NCBI GenBank assembly: GCA_019748135.1
Contig: JAIEPZ010000008.1
Coordinates: 31,453 to 95,452, forward strand
DNA length: 64,000 bases
Reading direction: 5' to 3'
Origin: Hyphomicrobiales bacterium
GTDB lineage: Bacteria; Pseudomonadota; Alphaproteobacteria; Rhizobiales; UBA4765
This document shows, piece after piece, positions 27,118 to 36,598 of this stretch (position 1 is the first letter of the stretch; each line of letters opens with the position of its first letter). Below the pieces are notes generated by a model. That model saw only the letters and a program-made list of their open reading frames with translations, was not told the DNA's origin and made no database searches. The position numbers and the translations under genes were made by a program.

Positions 27118-27204
27118 ATGTCACCCGTCTGCCATGATGCTATGAACGCCTGTCCGCCAAAGGCAGCAGGAAGCACCGTTCATACCGGCACATGATGGCA
27201 TCGA

Positions 27205-27783
27205 TCAATGCGACTGTGGAATATTTCCGCCGCTTTCAGGGCGCACTTCTGCGGCCATCAACCCTTTGGGGCCTTCACCAAAGCGGGCCATCACCGTCTG
27301 CCCCGGTCGCAATTCGGTGACACCGAAACGGCGCAGCGTTTCCATATGGACAAAGATGTCGCGACCATTCTCGCCATGGGTAAGAAAGCCAAAGCCCTTG
27401 GTCCGGTTGAACCATTTGACGATGCAGCGCTCGAGCCCCGACGTCGGGGCTACCTGAATATGGGTTCGCGCCGGCGGCAATTGCGAGGGGTGGATGGCTG
27501 CTGATTCATCCATCGCTTTGACGCGTAACGCCTGCAATCCCCGTTGACGGTTCAAAACCTCAACCACCACGCGGCTGCCTTCGTAAGCCGTCTGGAAGCC
27601 ATCGCGGCGCAGGACGGTTACGTGCAGCAACACATCCGGCAACCCGTTATCTGGAATGATGAATCCGTAGCCTTTAGCGACATCGAACCATTTGATGATG
27701 CCGGCGATCTCGACGACGTCGAGCCCTGCATCCAATCCCGAGCCTACATCGCGGTCGAGGCCCCGCCCCTCATTCGCACTCAT
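27205..27783 (-). CDS. Cold-shock protein with two tandem cold-shock domains
   Basis: There are two CSDs: IKWFDVAKGYGFIIPD...DVLLHV and VKWFNRTKGFGFLTH...DIFVHM. The ATG at 27783 has a GGAG 7 nt upstream. The ORF track extends to 27870. Confidence 0.85.
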   Translation of the reverse strand: MSANEGRGLDRDVGSGLDAGLDVVEIAGIIKWFDVAKGYGFIIPDNGLPDVLLHVTVLRRDGFQTAYEGSRVVVEVLNRQRGLQALRVKAMDESAAIHPSQLPPARTHIQVAPTSGLERCIVKWFNRTKGFGFLTHGENGRDIFVHMETLRRFGVTELRPGQTVMARFGEGPKGLMAAEVRPESGGNIPQSH

Positions 27784-27937
27784 TTGGCACTCCGCCGCCC
27801 CAGCAATGCTGATTAACACAAATTTAAGCTTGCCATGATTCGAGCAAAAACGAAGTAGGCGCAGTATCAAAATTCAAATAAATTGAGGCGTAATTGTATG
27901 TATTCCTCCGCATTTCCATGTTGTTGTTGCGCCTTTC

Positions 27938-28699
27938 CTAGGGAAAATGAGGAGGGAAACAGGCGGCGATTTCGGTGCGCAATACGAGGTCGGCTTCTTC
28001 ATCCAGCCCCGTCTTCTCGCGATTGATGATGACGAGGCGGGCGCCGGCGTCCCGCGCGACAAGGGGGATGGCTGCGGCGGGATAGACGACCAGCGAGGAG
28101 CCAACGACGAGGCAAAGGTCGCATCGCTTTGCCAATTCGCCGGCGCGCGTCAACGCGCTCTGCGGCATCGCCTGACCAAATGAAATGGTCGCACTTTTCA
28201 AAACACCGCCACACTCCATGCAATCGGGCGGCGTGCTGTGCTGCTGGAAATATGCACGGATCGGCGCCAGCTCGTGGCGTTTGGCACAGTGAAGGCAGCG
28301 CGCATAGGTGGTGTTGCCATGAAGCTCGATGACGTCCTCCTCGCTCAGGCCGGCAGCCTGATGCAAGCCGTCGATATTTTGCGTTATCACCGCCCTCGCC
28401 CGACCCTTGCGCACCCAATCGGTCATGACATGGTGGGCGGATGTTGGCTGCGCTCCGGCGAAGCTGTCGTCCATAGCGAATTTTCGACGCCAGCCCTCAA
28501 TGCGGACCGCCGGCTCAGCGACAAAGGCCGCAAAGGGGATCGGCTTGTTGACGGTCCACAACGAGCCAGGCGAGCGGAAGTCAGGGATGCCGGCATCCGT
28601 CGATATACCGGCGCCGGTGAACGGCAGGATCGAGCGCGCGGCAGCGATCTCCTCATGCAACCGCGTGCGCGCTTCATCACCATCCGTGATCAGGATCAT
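27938..28699 (-). CDS. cobB: NAD-dependent protein deacylase, Sir2 family (CobB-like)
   Basis: 253 aa. FTGAGISTDAGIPDFRSP, QNIDGLH, a Zn ribbon CxxC...CxxC (CLHCAKR...CMECGG) and VVGSSLVVYPAA. Confidence 0.85.
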   Translation of the reverse strand: MILITDGDEARTRLHEEIAAARSILPFTGAGISTDAGIPDFRSPGSLWTVNKPIPFAAFVAEPAVRIEGWRRKFAMDDSFAGAQPTSAHHVMTDWVRKGRARAVITQNIDGLHQAAGLSEEDVIELHGNTTYARCLHCAKRHELAPIRAYFQQHSTPPDCMECGGVLKSATISFGQAMPQSALTRAGELAKRCDLCLVVGSSLVVYPAAAIPLVARDAGARLVIINREKTGLDEEADLVLRTEIAACFPPHFP

Positions 28700-28899
28700 G
28701 GCCGCCCTATTCCTGCCTGCCGGCTTTGCAGATAGCTTTTAGCCGTCCGCAGCGGCAATGTGCACGGGAAAACGGTGCGACAAAACGATCCATAATTCCA
28801 AGCCCCATCATTGGACGCTATGAGAAGCGGCTGGCACATAGGATAAAGACCAAGGCACATAACGAGGCTTGACCGGGATCACAGCTGAAGGAGACGAAG

Positions 28900-29358
28900 A
28901 TGCGCTATCTGCACACCATGGTGCGCGTGAGAAATATTGAAGAGAGCCTGGATTTCTACGTCACGAAATTCGGCCTCGTCGAATTGCGCCGCATCGATAG
29001 CGAGGCCGGCAAGTTCACCCTCATCTTCCTGTGCGCCAAGGAGGATGAAGCTGCTGCCCGCGCCGCCATCGCCGCAGGGCGGCGTGATGCGCCAATGGTC
29101 GAGCTCACCTATAACTGGACGCCGGAGGATTATGGCACTGCGCGCAATTTCGGCCATCTCGCCTATGAGGTGGACGATATCTACGAGACCTGCGCCCGGC
29201 TGCAGGCCGCCGGTGTCATCATCAACCGCCCACCACGGGACGGGCGCATGGCTTTCATCCGTTCGCCTGATCTCGTCTCGATCGAGCTGTTGCAAAAGGG
29301 CGAAGCGAAAGCGCCGGCCGAACCGTGGGCATCGATGCCCAACAGCGGCGTCTGGTAA
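28900..29358 (+). CDS. gloA: Lactoylglutathione lyase (glyoxalase I, VOC family)
   Basis: MRYLHTMVRVRNIEESLDFY...FGL...ELTYNW...GHLAYEVDDIY... A strong RBS (GAAGGAGA) is present. Confidence 0.85.
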   Translation: MRYLHTMVRVRNIEESLDFYVTKFGLVELRRIDSEAGKFTLIFLCAKEDEAAARAAIAAGRRDAPMVELTYNWTPEDYGTARNFGHLAYEVDDIYETCARLQAAGVIINRPPRDGRMAFIRSPDLVSIELLQKGEAKAPAEPWASMPNSGVW

Positions 29359-29408
29359 GCCCGGCGCGTGATGGGTGCATAGCGGCCTCCACAAGGCCGA
29401 TCTAGCGC

Positions 29409-29437
29409 TTGCACCCTTCAGCGCACCACCTTATAAG
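29409..29437 (+). promoter_or_regulatory. Candidate sigma-70-type promoter for tRNA-Glu
   Basis: TTGCAC (29409-29414), a 17-nt spacer, then TATAAG (29432-29437), 32 nt upstream of the mature tRNA 5' end. This is a pattern match only. Confidence 0.3.
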
Positions 29438-29469
29438 CGCCGGGCGTCGGGACGAAGTTTTCGGCGCAG

Positions 29470-29544
29470 GCTCCCGTCGTCTAGTGGTTAGGACACCAGC
29501 CTTTCACGTTGGGTACACGGGTTCGAATCCCGTCGGGAGCGCCA
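29470..29544 (+). tRNA. tRNA-Glu (anticodon TTC)
   Basis: gctcccgtcgtctagtggttaggacaccagcCTTTCACgttgggtacacgggttcgaatcccgtcgggagcgcca. It has a 7-bp acceptor stem, a TTC anticodon and an encoded CCA. Confidence 0.9.
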
Positions 29545-29805
29545 TATTTCAATAACTTGTATGTTCTCGCCGACCGCATTGCATCGTTGATGCGAGACGA
29601 TAATTCCCGATGTACGCCCTGACCGCTTTCATTGAACAGGGTTGATCGGCCGGATCGCGAGCAAAGGATTGACCTTGCGGCAGAGCGATCGGCTGCCTCT
29701 GCCGCACAGCTGTCACCAGCCGCCATTCTCAACTACCGACCGCGTGCGATAACATCCCGCAATACAAGGCTCGAATCCGGGCCTAATATCGTTGCCGGAG
29801 GCAGG

Positions 29806-31590
29806 ATGGCGACAGGATTCGATATACCGGCCTATGGCGATGCGCTGGTCGTGCTGGGAACGGCGGGAATTGTCGTGCCGCTGGCGCGCCGTTTCGGCTG
29901 GAGCCCGGTCGTGGCCTACCTCATCGCTGGTGCGGTGGTTGGTCCCTTTGGTCTGGGATCATTCGCGGCACTTTATCCGTGGTTGGCATATATATCGATA
30001 TCGGATGGAAAGAACGTCGGAAACATCGCGGAATTCGGCGTGATATTCCTTCTGTTTCTCATCGGCCTCGAACTCTCCTATGAGCGCCTGATTTCCATGC
30101 GCCGGCTCGTCTTCGGGCTTGGCAGCCTGCAGATTATTGTCTCCGCTCTGGCGTTGAGCGGGGTTTTACTGCTGCTTGGCCTTTCGCCATCCGTGGCGGT
30201 GGTCATCGGCTCGTGTCTGTCCCTGTCCTCCACGGCGATCATCATCGAACTCCTGTCGCAACAGGGGCGTATGGCGACTGCGACCGGGCGCGCGAGCTTC
30301 GCCATCCTGCTGGCGCAGGATCTATCCATCGTGCCGCTGTTGATTTTCATCACTATCCTGGGCAGCCGCAGCGGTGGTTCGGTCACCATCACGGTACTGC
30401 TCGCGCTCGCGCAGGCCGTGCTGGCGATCGCTGTCATTGTCATCGTCGGCCGCCTGCTTTTGCGCCCGCTGTTCCGGCTGGTCGCAGGAGCTGCATCCAG
30501 CGATCTCTTCATTGCCGCCATCCTGTTCGTGATTGTCGCCACCGGCGTCATTGCCGCGCTTGCCAATCTGTCGATGGCGCTCGGCGCCTTCATCGCCGGC
30601 CTGCTGCTGGCTGAAACCGAATATCGCAGGGCCATTGAAACGCTGATCAAACCGTTCAAGGGGCTTTTACTTGGCATCTTCTTTTTTACCGTCGGCATGG
30701 GCATTGACGGTCGCGTGGTTGTGCATGCGCCAGTGATGACGGTGCTCGCCATAGCGGCGCTGTTTGTCATCAAGGGGATGATCGCCTTCGGCGCGGCGCG
30801 CAGCTTCAGGCTCAGCCGGGTGGTTGCGCTCGAGGTGGCGCTGCTGTTGGCAGCCGGCGGCGAGTTTGCCTTCGTCGGCCTCGGGTTGGCGCTGTCGCTT
30901 GGTGTCGTGCCGGCAGAAACGGGGCATTTTGCACTCGCCGTCACCTCGCTCACCATGCTGCTTCTGCCGGCGATCGCGACCCTGGCCCGGCGCCTGTCGC
31001 AGCGGGTCGACGCCCCCAGGCCGGTCGATCCGGCTCTGTCGCAGATGCCCGGCGAGCGCCGGCATCACGCCATTGTCGTTGGCTATGGTCGCGTGGGCAA
31101 GGTGGTGGGCGACATGTTGCGGCGCCACGGACTTGAAGTAACGGCCATCGATTCGGATGCCCGCAGCGTCAGCGATGATCGTCGCCGTGGCCATGAAGTT
31201 TACTTCGGAGATGCAAGCGACCCGCTTTTTCTGGAAAACTGTGGCATCGCAGAAGCCTCCGCCGTCGTCATCACCATCCATTCCATGGCGCTGATTGCCC
31301 GCATCGTTGAAGGACTGCGACGCTTGAGGCCCGACCTGGTCATCATTTCGCGGGCGCGCGACGGCGACCATGCCCGCCAGCTCTATGCGCTGGGCGTCAC
31401 CGATGCCGTGCCGGAAACCATCGAAGCCAGCCTGCAATTGTCGGAAGCGGCGCTGGTTGGCCTCGGCAAGCCGATGGGGCCGGTCATTGCCTCGATCCAT
31501 GAGCGGCGCGATGAATTTCGCAAAGCGCTGCAGGAGGCTGCAAAAACAGCCGGGCAGGCACCTTCTCATGCCGTTAAAAGGAAGGCATGA
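29806..31590 (+). CDS. Monovalent cation:proton antiporter-2 (CPA2) family, KefB/KefC-like, with a C-terminal RCK/TrkA-N domain
   Basis: About 12 TM helices, then a Rossmann motif IVVGYGRVGKVVG and ...ISRARD. ATG at 29806 with a GGAGG RBS. The ORF track starts at 29632. Confidence 0.8.
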   Translation: MATGFDIPAYGDALVVLGTAGIVVPLARRFGWSPVVAYLIAGAVVGPFGLGSFAALYPWLAYISISDGKNVGNIAEFGVIFLLFLIGLELSYERLISMRRLVFGLGSLQIIVSALALSGVLLLLGLSPSVAVVIGSCLSLSSTAIIIELLSQQGRMATATGRASFAILLAQDLSIVPLLIFITILGSRSGGSVTITVLLALAQAVLAIAVIVIVGRLLLRPLFRLVAGAASSDLFIAAILFVIVATGVIAALANLSMALGAFIAGLLLAETEYRRAIETLIKPFKGLLLGIFFFTVGMGIDGRVVVHAPVMTVLAIAALFVIKGMIAFGAARSFRLSRVVALEVALLLAAGGEFAFVGLGLALSLGVVPAETGHFALAVTSLTMLLLPAIATLARRLSQRVDAPRPVDPALSQMPGERRHHAIVVGYGRVGKVVGDMLRRHGLEVTAIDSDARSVSDDRRRGHEVYFGDASDPLFLENCGIAEASAVVITIHSMALIARIVEGLRRLRPDLVIISRARDGDHARQLYALGVTDAVPETIEASLQLSEAALVGLGKPMGPVIASIHERRDEFRKALQEAAKTAGQAPSHAVKRKA

Positions 31591-31637
31591 TCACTCTGCC
31601 CTGCCAGGCACCCAGCCGGTAACATGAGCCCAAGCCT

Positions 31638-31874
31638 ATGAATGACGTGATCGATGCTCCCATGAACGCTCTGGTGGTCGACCTGCTGGCTTTCCTTGCC
31701 ACAGGCGAGAAGCCCTATGCAGAAATCATGTCGGCCTGGCGCACTTCCTGCCCGCGCCTGCCGGTATGGGAAGAGGCAAATGATCGCGGGTTTGTCGAGC
31801 GTAAGATCCGTGAGGGCCGGCAGATCGTTTGTATCACGGCGCGCGGCAGCGATTTTCTCATGCGTCAAGGCTGA
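31638..31874 (+). CDS. Hypothetical small protein (78 aa)
   Basis: The ORF is tightly packed between the antiporter and the dehydrogenase (4-nt gap to the next gene). I recognise no family. Confidence 0.4.
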   Translation: MNDVIDAPMNALVVDLLAFLATGEKPYAEIMSAWRTSCPRLPVWEEANDRGFVERKIREGRQIVCITARGSDFLMRQG

Positions 31875-31877
31875 ACG

Positions 31878-32861
31878 ATGAAAATCGCCATCCTCGATGA
31901 CTGGCACGACACGCTGCGCGGCTTGCCGTGCTTTCGCAAGCTCGATGACCTCGACGTTACCGTGTGGAATGATCATGTCGCCGATGTCGGCGAGCTGGCG
32001 CGCCGGCTGAGTGACACCGAGGTGCTGGTGCTGTTTCGCGAACGCACCGCCATATCCCGCGCGCTGATCGAGAAACTGCCAAATCTCAAACTCATCAGTC
32101 AGCGCAGCGTTTATCCTCATATTGATATCGCAGCCTGCACCGCACACGGGATTATCGTCTCGTCCAATATGCATGCCGGGACGCCGTCATACGCCACGGC
32201 TGAATTTACCTGGGCGATGGTGCTGGCCGCGGTCCGCTCCATCCCGCAACAGATGGCATCCCTCAAGGCCGGCACCTGGCAGATGGGTGTTGGCTATACG
32301 CTGCACGGCAAGACGCTCGGTATCTTCAGCTATGGGCGGATCGGCAGGGAAGTCGCCCGCTATGGCAAAGCCTTCGGCATGAAAGTGCTGGTGTGGGGCA
32401 GCGACAAGAGCCGGGCAGCGGCGATTGCCGATGGCTTCGAGGCGGCGACCAACAAGGAAGCATTCTTTGCGCAGTGCGACGTGGTGTCGCTGCATCTGCG
32501 ACTGGTGGACGCCACACGCGGTATCGTGACAGCAGACGATCTGGCGTGCATGAAACAAGGCGCACTCATCGTCAACACCAGCCGGGCTGGCATCATCGCG
32601 CCGGGAGCACTGGTGGCAGCACTTGAGGCAGGACGGCCGGGCATGGCGGCTGTCGACGTCTATGAGGAAGAACCAATTGGCCCCAGCGGGCATCCACTGC
32701 TTGCCTTGCCTAATGTGGTGTGCACCCCCCATATCGGCTTTGTGACGCATGAGGAGTATGATTTACAGTTTGGCGACATCTTCGACCAGATCATCGCCTA
32801 TCGCGACGGCGCGCCTGTTCATGTGGTGAACCCTGACGCGCTGGCGAATAAGCGCTGGTGA
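31878..32861 (+). CDS. D-isomer-specific 2-hydroxyacid dehydrogenase family protein
   Basis: NAD-binding [17 protein letters not shown], then ...LVNTSRAG..., then ...CTPHIGFVT (catalytic His region). Confidence 0.8.
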   Translation: MKIAILDDWHDTLRGLPCFRKLDDLDVTVWNDHVADVGELARRLSDTEVLVLFRERTAISRALIEKLPNLKLISQRSVYPHIDIAACTAHGIIVSSNMHAGTPSYATAEFTWAMVLAAVRSIPQQMASLKAGTWQMGVGYTLHGKTLGIFSYGRIGREVARYGKAFGMKVLVWGSDKSRAAAIADGFEAATNKEAFFAQCDVVSLHLRLVDATRGIVTADDLACMKQGALIVNTSRAGIIAPGALVAALEAGRPGMAAVDVYEEEPIGPSGHPLLALPNVVCTPHIGFVTHEEYDLQFGDIFDQIIAYRDGAPVHVVNPDALANKRW

Positions 32862-32919
32862 GGCAGCCCGTCATGTTGCAGCCTCCTGCCCGTTTCCTGT
32901 TGTCGCAACTGCAGGTAGA

Positions 32920-34326
32920 ATGCTGATCATGGGATCGTGGGATCGACATTACGACACGCTGGTGGTTGGTGGCGGCAATGCGGCGCTGTGTGCGGCAATC
33001 GCAGCGGCGCGCGGCGGGGCTCGCGTTCTGGTGGCGGAGGCGGCGCCTAAATTCTACCGCGGCGGCAATACCCGTCACACGCGCAACATGCGCTGCGCCC
33101 ATGCCAAGGCAACCCATACGCTCACCGGGCCCTATACGCAGAACGAATTTTATGACGATCTGCTCAAGGTCACCGGTGGCAAGACCGACCCGGAACTGGC
33201 GCGCCTGATGATCGGCGAGTCCGAGGACATGCTTGACTGGATCGTCGAGCAGGGCGTGCGCTGGCAGCCCTCGCTGGGGGGTACGTTGAGCCTCGGGCGC
33301 ACCAATTCATTTTTCCTCGGTGGCGGGCGAGCAATGCTCAACGCGCTTTACGCTACAGCCGAGCGCCTTGGTGTGACGATCCGCTATGACGCCGAGATCG
33401 TTGATATGACAATTGAAGAAGGTTTTTTTCTCAACGCCATTGTTGCCCATGATAACAAGCGCCACGCCGTCACGGCTGCGACGCTGATTGCGGCTGCCGG
33501 TGGCTTTGAGGCCAATATCGCCTGGCTCAAGGAGAGTTGGGGAGAGGCTGCCGACAATTTTCTCATTCGCGGCACGCCGTACAACAAGGGTACGGTGCTC
33601 AAATTGCTGCTGGATAAGGGCGTCGAAGCGATCGGCGACGCGACGCAGTGCCACGCGGTGGCGATCGACGCCCGCGCGCCGAAATTCGATGGCGGCATCA
33701 TCACCAGGCTTGATTGCGTCGTGTTCGGGATTGTCGTCAACCGGCGGGCCGAACGCTTCTATGATGAAGGGGAGGATATCTGGCCCAAGCGCTACGCCAT
33801 ATGGGGCCGGCTGGTGGCAGCGCAACCTGAGCAGATCGCCTACATCATCTTCGATGCCCCGTGCCTGGAGCAGTTCATGCCCTCTCTTTATCCACCGATC
33901 CGCGCCGAGACGATCGGCGACCTTGCCGGCAAGCTCGATCTTGATGGCGCAACGCTGGAGAAGACCATCACCGGGTTCAACGCCGCCGTGCGTCCCGGTA
34001 CATTCGATCATACCATCCTCGATGATTGCCGCACCGAAGGATTGCACCCCGCCAAGTCACATTGGGCGCGCCGCATCGAGACCCCGCCATTTTATGCCTA
34101 TCCGGTGCGCCCAGGCATCACGTTCACCTATCTGGGCACGCGGGTGAATGCGCAGGCACGCATGATGATGGCTGACGGGAAGCCGTCGGCCAATATGTTC
34201 GCCGCCGGCGAGATCATGGCCGGCAACGTTCTGGGGCAAGGCTATGCGGCGGGCATCGGCATGACAATTGGCAGCGTTTTTGGACGCATCGCTGGACGGG
34301 AGGCGGCGCGCCATGCACGCAACTGA
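32920..34326 (+). CDS. tcuA: FAD-dependent tricarballylate dehydrogenase TcuA
   Basis: YDTLVVGGGNAALCAAIAAARGGARVLV.EAAP...RGGNTRHTRNMRC and DLLKVTGG.TD..LARL closely track my memory of Salmonella TcuA. Confidence 0.85.
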   Translation: MLIMGSWDRHYDTLVVGGGNAALCAAIAAARGGARVLVAEAAPKFYRGGNTRHTRNMRCAHAKATHTLTGPYTQNEFYDDLLKVTGGKTDPELARLMIGESEDMLDWIVEQGVRWQPSLGGTLSLGRTNSFFLGGGRAMLNALYATAERLGVTIRYDAEIVDMTIEEGFFLNAIVAHDNKRHAVTAATLIAAAGGFEANIAWLKESWGEAADNFLIRGTPYNKGTVLKLLLDKGVEAIGDATQCHAVAIDARAPKFDGGIITRLDCVVFGIVVNRRAERFYDEGEDIWPKRYAIWGRLVAAQPEQIAYIIFDAPCLEQFMPSLYPPIRAETIGDLAGKLDLDGATLEKTITGFNAAVRPGTFDHTILDDCRTEGLHPAKSHWARRIETPPFYAYPVRPGITFTYLGTRVNAQARMMMADGKPSANMFAAGEIMAGNVLGQGYAAGIGMTIGSVFGRIAGREAARHARN

Positions 34327-35401
34327 GGCGCTCAAGGAAGCAGACCGGCTGATGACGATCTGCAATTCGTGCCGCTATTGCGAAGGATTATGCGCGGTCT
34401 TTCCGGCGATGGAATTGCGCCGTGAATTTGGTGACACTGATCTCAACTATCTCGCCAATCTCTGTCATGGCTGCGGTGCGTGCTACACGGATTGCCAGTT
34501 TTCGCCGCCGCACGAATTTGCCGTCAACGTGCCAGCGGTCCTGGCCAAGGTGAGGAATGATTCCTATCTGAGTTATGCCTGGCCACCGGCTTTTAAGCCG
34601 CTGTTTGGTGCCAATGGCATGGTGGTGGGCCTTCTGACGGCCACCTGCATTTCTCTGTTTCTTGTGGGCTTTGTTGGTTGGTCTGCCGGCGGCGAGATGT
34701 TTGCCGTACATACCGGCCCCGGTGCCTTTTATCGTCTCATGTCGCACAATGCGATGGCGCTGCTGTTCGGGTTGGCATTTACCTATGCACTGGCGGCGAT
34801 GGCGATGGGCGCACGTACTTTCTGGCTCGGCTCGCGGCAGCCGGCGATATCGCCAGATGACGCGGCGCTGGCTGTCAACGATGTCGCCACGCTGCGTTAT
34901 CTCGGCGGCGGGGGCGCTGGCTGCGATGTCGATGACGCGGGGCAAGATCGCCGGCGGCTTTATCACCACCTGACGTTTTACGGCTTCCTGCTATGCTTTG
35001 CGGCAACCTCGGTCGCAACGCTTTATCATTATCTTCTCGGCATGGAGGCCCCCTACCCGCCTTATGACCTGCCGGTCGTGCTGGGCAGTGTCGGCGGCAT
35101 CGGCCTCATCATCGGGCCGATCGGGCTGCTGCATCAAAAGCTGAGACGGGGCGCCCATCTCGCTGACGCACGCGCGTTTGGCATGGAAAGCGCGTTCGTT
35201 GTGTTGCTTGTTGCCACGAGCGTAACGGGCTTTGCGCTGTTGTTGGCACGTGAAACGGCTGCCATGGGTGTCTTGCTTGCCGTTCATCTTGGGGTGGTGC
35301 TGAGCCTGTTTCTCCTGCTTCCCTATTCTAAGATGGTGCATGGGCTCTATCGCGGGCTGGCACTCCTGCGCAGCGCAGCCGAGCGTCGGCAGCACCGTTA
35401 G
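34313..35401 (+). CDS. tcuB: Tricarballylate utilisation protein TcuB (membrane 4Fe-4S protein)
   Basis: ICNSCRYCEGLCAVFPAM and CHGCGACYTDCQFSPPHEF Cys clusters, plus C-terminal TM helices. The ATG at 34313 overlaps the tcuA stop. Confidence 0.8.
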   Translation: MHATEALKEADRLMTICNSCRYCEGLCAVFPAMELRREFGDTDLNYLANLCHGCGACYTDCQFSPPHEFAVNVPAVLAKVRNDSYLSYAWPPAFKPLFGANGMVVGLLTATCISLFLVGFVGWSAGGEMFAVHTGPGAFYRLMSHNAMALLFGLAFTYALAAMAMGARTFWLGSRQPAISPDDAALAVNDVATLRYLGGGGAGCDVDDAGQDRRRLYHHLTFYGFLLCFAATSVATLYHYLLGMEAPYPPYDLPVVLGSVGGIGLIIGPIGLLHQKLRRGAHLADARAFGMESAFVVLLVATSVTGFALLLARETAAMGVLLAVHLGVVLSLFLLLPYSKMVHGLYRGLALLRSAAERRQHR

Positions 35402-35515
35402 CAAGGCAATACGGCATGAACACACCAGAACCTTATACTTTGATCTAGCCAAGACTGTGGTTTTGCGGTTATGAATCAGGAAAGGCGGCGAAACGGCCGC
35501 AACAGGGAGGTAAAA

Positions 35516-36532
35516 ATGGGATCAATTTCTCGTCGTCAATTCGGTTTAGGCGTCAGTACAGCAGCGTTGGCAGCGGCGTACGGAGTTCCCGGTCGCGCGC
35601 AGGCGCCGCTGGTGATGAAATTCAGCCATGTGGCGGCAGACGATACCCCAAAGGGCAAGGGCGCAATCAAATTCCGTGAACTTGCGGAAAAATACACTGG
35701 CGGCAAGGTGAAGGTCGAAACCTACCCCAACTCGCAGCTCTTCAAAGACAAGGAAGAAATTGAAGCGCTGCAGCTTGGCGCCGTGCAGTTCCTGGCGCCC
35801 TCGACCGCCAAATTCGCGCCACTGGGAGCGAAAGAATTCGAAGCGCTCGACCTGCCGTTCGCCTTCAAGGATGAAGCGCAGTTCCAAAACCTGATCAAGG
35901 GCGAACTGGGCCAGTATCTGCTCTCCAAGCTTGAGCCGCGCGGCGTCAAGGGCCTGGCTTTCTGGGATAATGGCTTTCACATGGTGTCGGCGAATGTGCC
36001 GCTCTTGAAGCCGTCTGATTTCCAGGGGCTCAAATTCCGCATTTCGGGTTCAAAGATCGCCGATCTCTATTTCCGCAAATTCGGCGCGATTCCCCAGATT
36101 CTTGCCTTCTCGGAAGTCTATCAAGCCCTCCAGACCGGGGTTGTTGATGGTTGCGAGAACACACCGTCAAATTATTACACTCAGAAATTCCATGAAGTGC
36201 AGAAGCACATCACCAATGGCAAACACGGACATCTGCAGTATGCCGTGATCGTCAATGCGAAGATCTGGGCAGCCTTGCCTGCCGACATTCGCACTCCCCT
36301 CGAAAAGGCGATGGATGAGGCGTCGGTCTATGCCAATTCGATCGCGCTTCAGGAGAATGTCGATGCGCTGCGCGACATTGCGGCTTCGGGAAAAACGACG
36401 ATCCACACACTGACCGACGCCCAGCGCGGCGAATGGCTCAAGACGTTGCTGCCGGTATGGCAGCAGGCTGAAAGCCGGGTCGGCAAGGAAGCCATCGATA
36501 TCATGCGGAAAGTCACCGGCCAAACGGCCTGA
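35516..36532 (+). CDS. TRAP transporter substrate-binding protein (DctP family)
   Basis: A Tat-like signal (SRRQFGLGVSTAALAAA) is followed by DctP-type motifs (KFSHVAADDTPKGKGA..F...). GGGAGG RBS before the ATG at 35516. Confidence 0.85.
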   Translation: MGSISRRQFGLGVSTAALAAAYGVPGRAQAPLVMKFSHVAADDTPKGKGAIKFRELAEKYTGGKVKVETYPNSQLFKDKEEIEALQLGAVQFLAPSTAKFAPLGAKEFEALDLPFAFKDEAQFQNLIKGELGQYLLSKLEPRGVKGLAFWDNGFHMVSANVPLLKPSDFQGLKFRISGSKIADLYFRKFGAIPQILAFSEVYQALQTGVVDGCENTPSNYYTQKFHEVQKHITNGKHGHLQYAVIVNAKIWAALPADIRTPLEKAMDEASVYANSIALQENVDALRDIAASGKTTIHTLTDAQRGEWLKTLLPVWQQAESRVGKEAIDIMRKVTGQTA

Positions 36533-36560
36533 TTGCCTAATCGATTTTCTCTTGGGTGCT

Positions 36561-36581
36561 GAACCGGGCGTGTCCCGGTTC
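36561..36581 (+). promoter_or_regulatory. Intercistronic stem-loop between the TRAP binding-protein and permease genes
   Basis: gaaccggg-cgtgt-cccggttc forms a perfect 8-bp stem with a 5-nt loop. Its position is typical of mRNA-stabilising hairpins after binding-protein genes. Confidence 0.4.
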
Positions 36582-36598
36582 GGCCTGCAGGTGCTCCC

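Noticed and set aside
27938-28699. Sir2-family gene, considered as a possible anti-phage effector (Thoeris ThsA / DSR-like).
   Set aside because: It is 253 aa with a canonical sirtuin core and Zn ribbon (CobB-type). It has no SLOG, TIR, or other N- or C-terminal sensor domains and no partner gene. The flanks are housekeeping genes.
29677-29705. Perfect 9-bp inverted repeat gcggcagag-N11-ctctgccgc downstream of tRNA-Glu. I also noted a tcgaatcc string at about 29771-29778 that echoes the tRNA T-loop.
   Set aside because: The hairpin has no following T-run and lies about 130 nt from the tRNA. The 8-nt echo is too short to be an att remnant. There is no adjacent integrase or foreign DNA.
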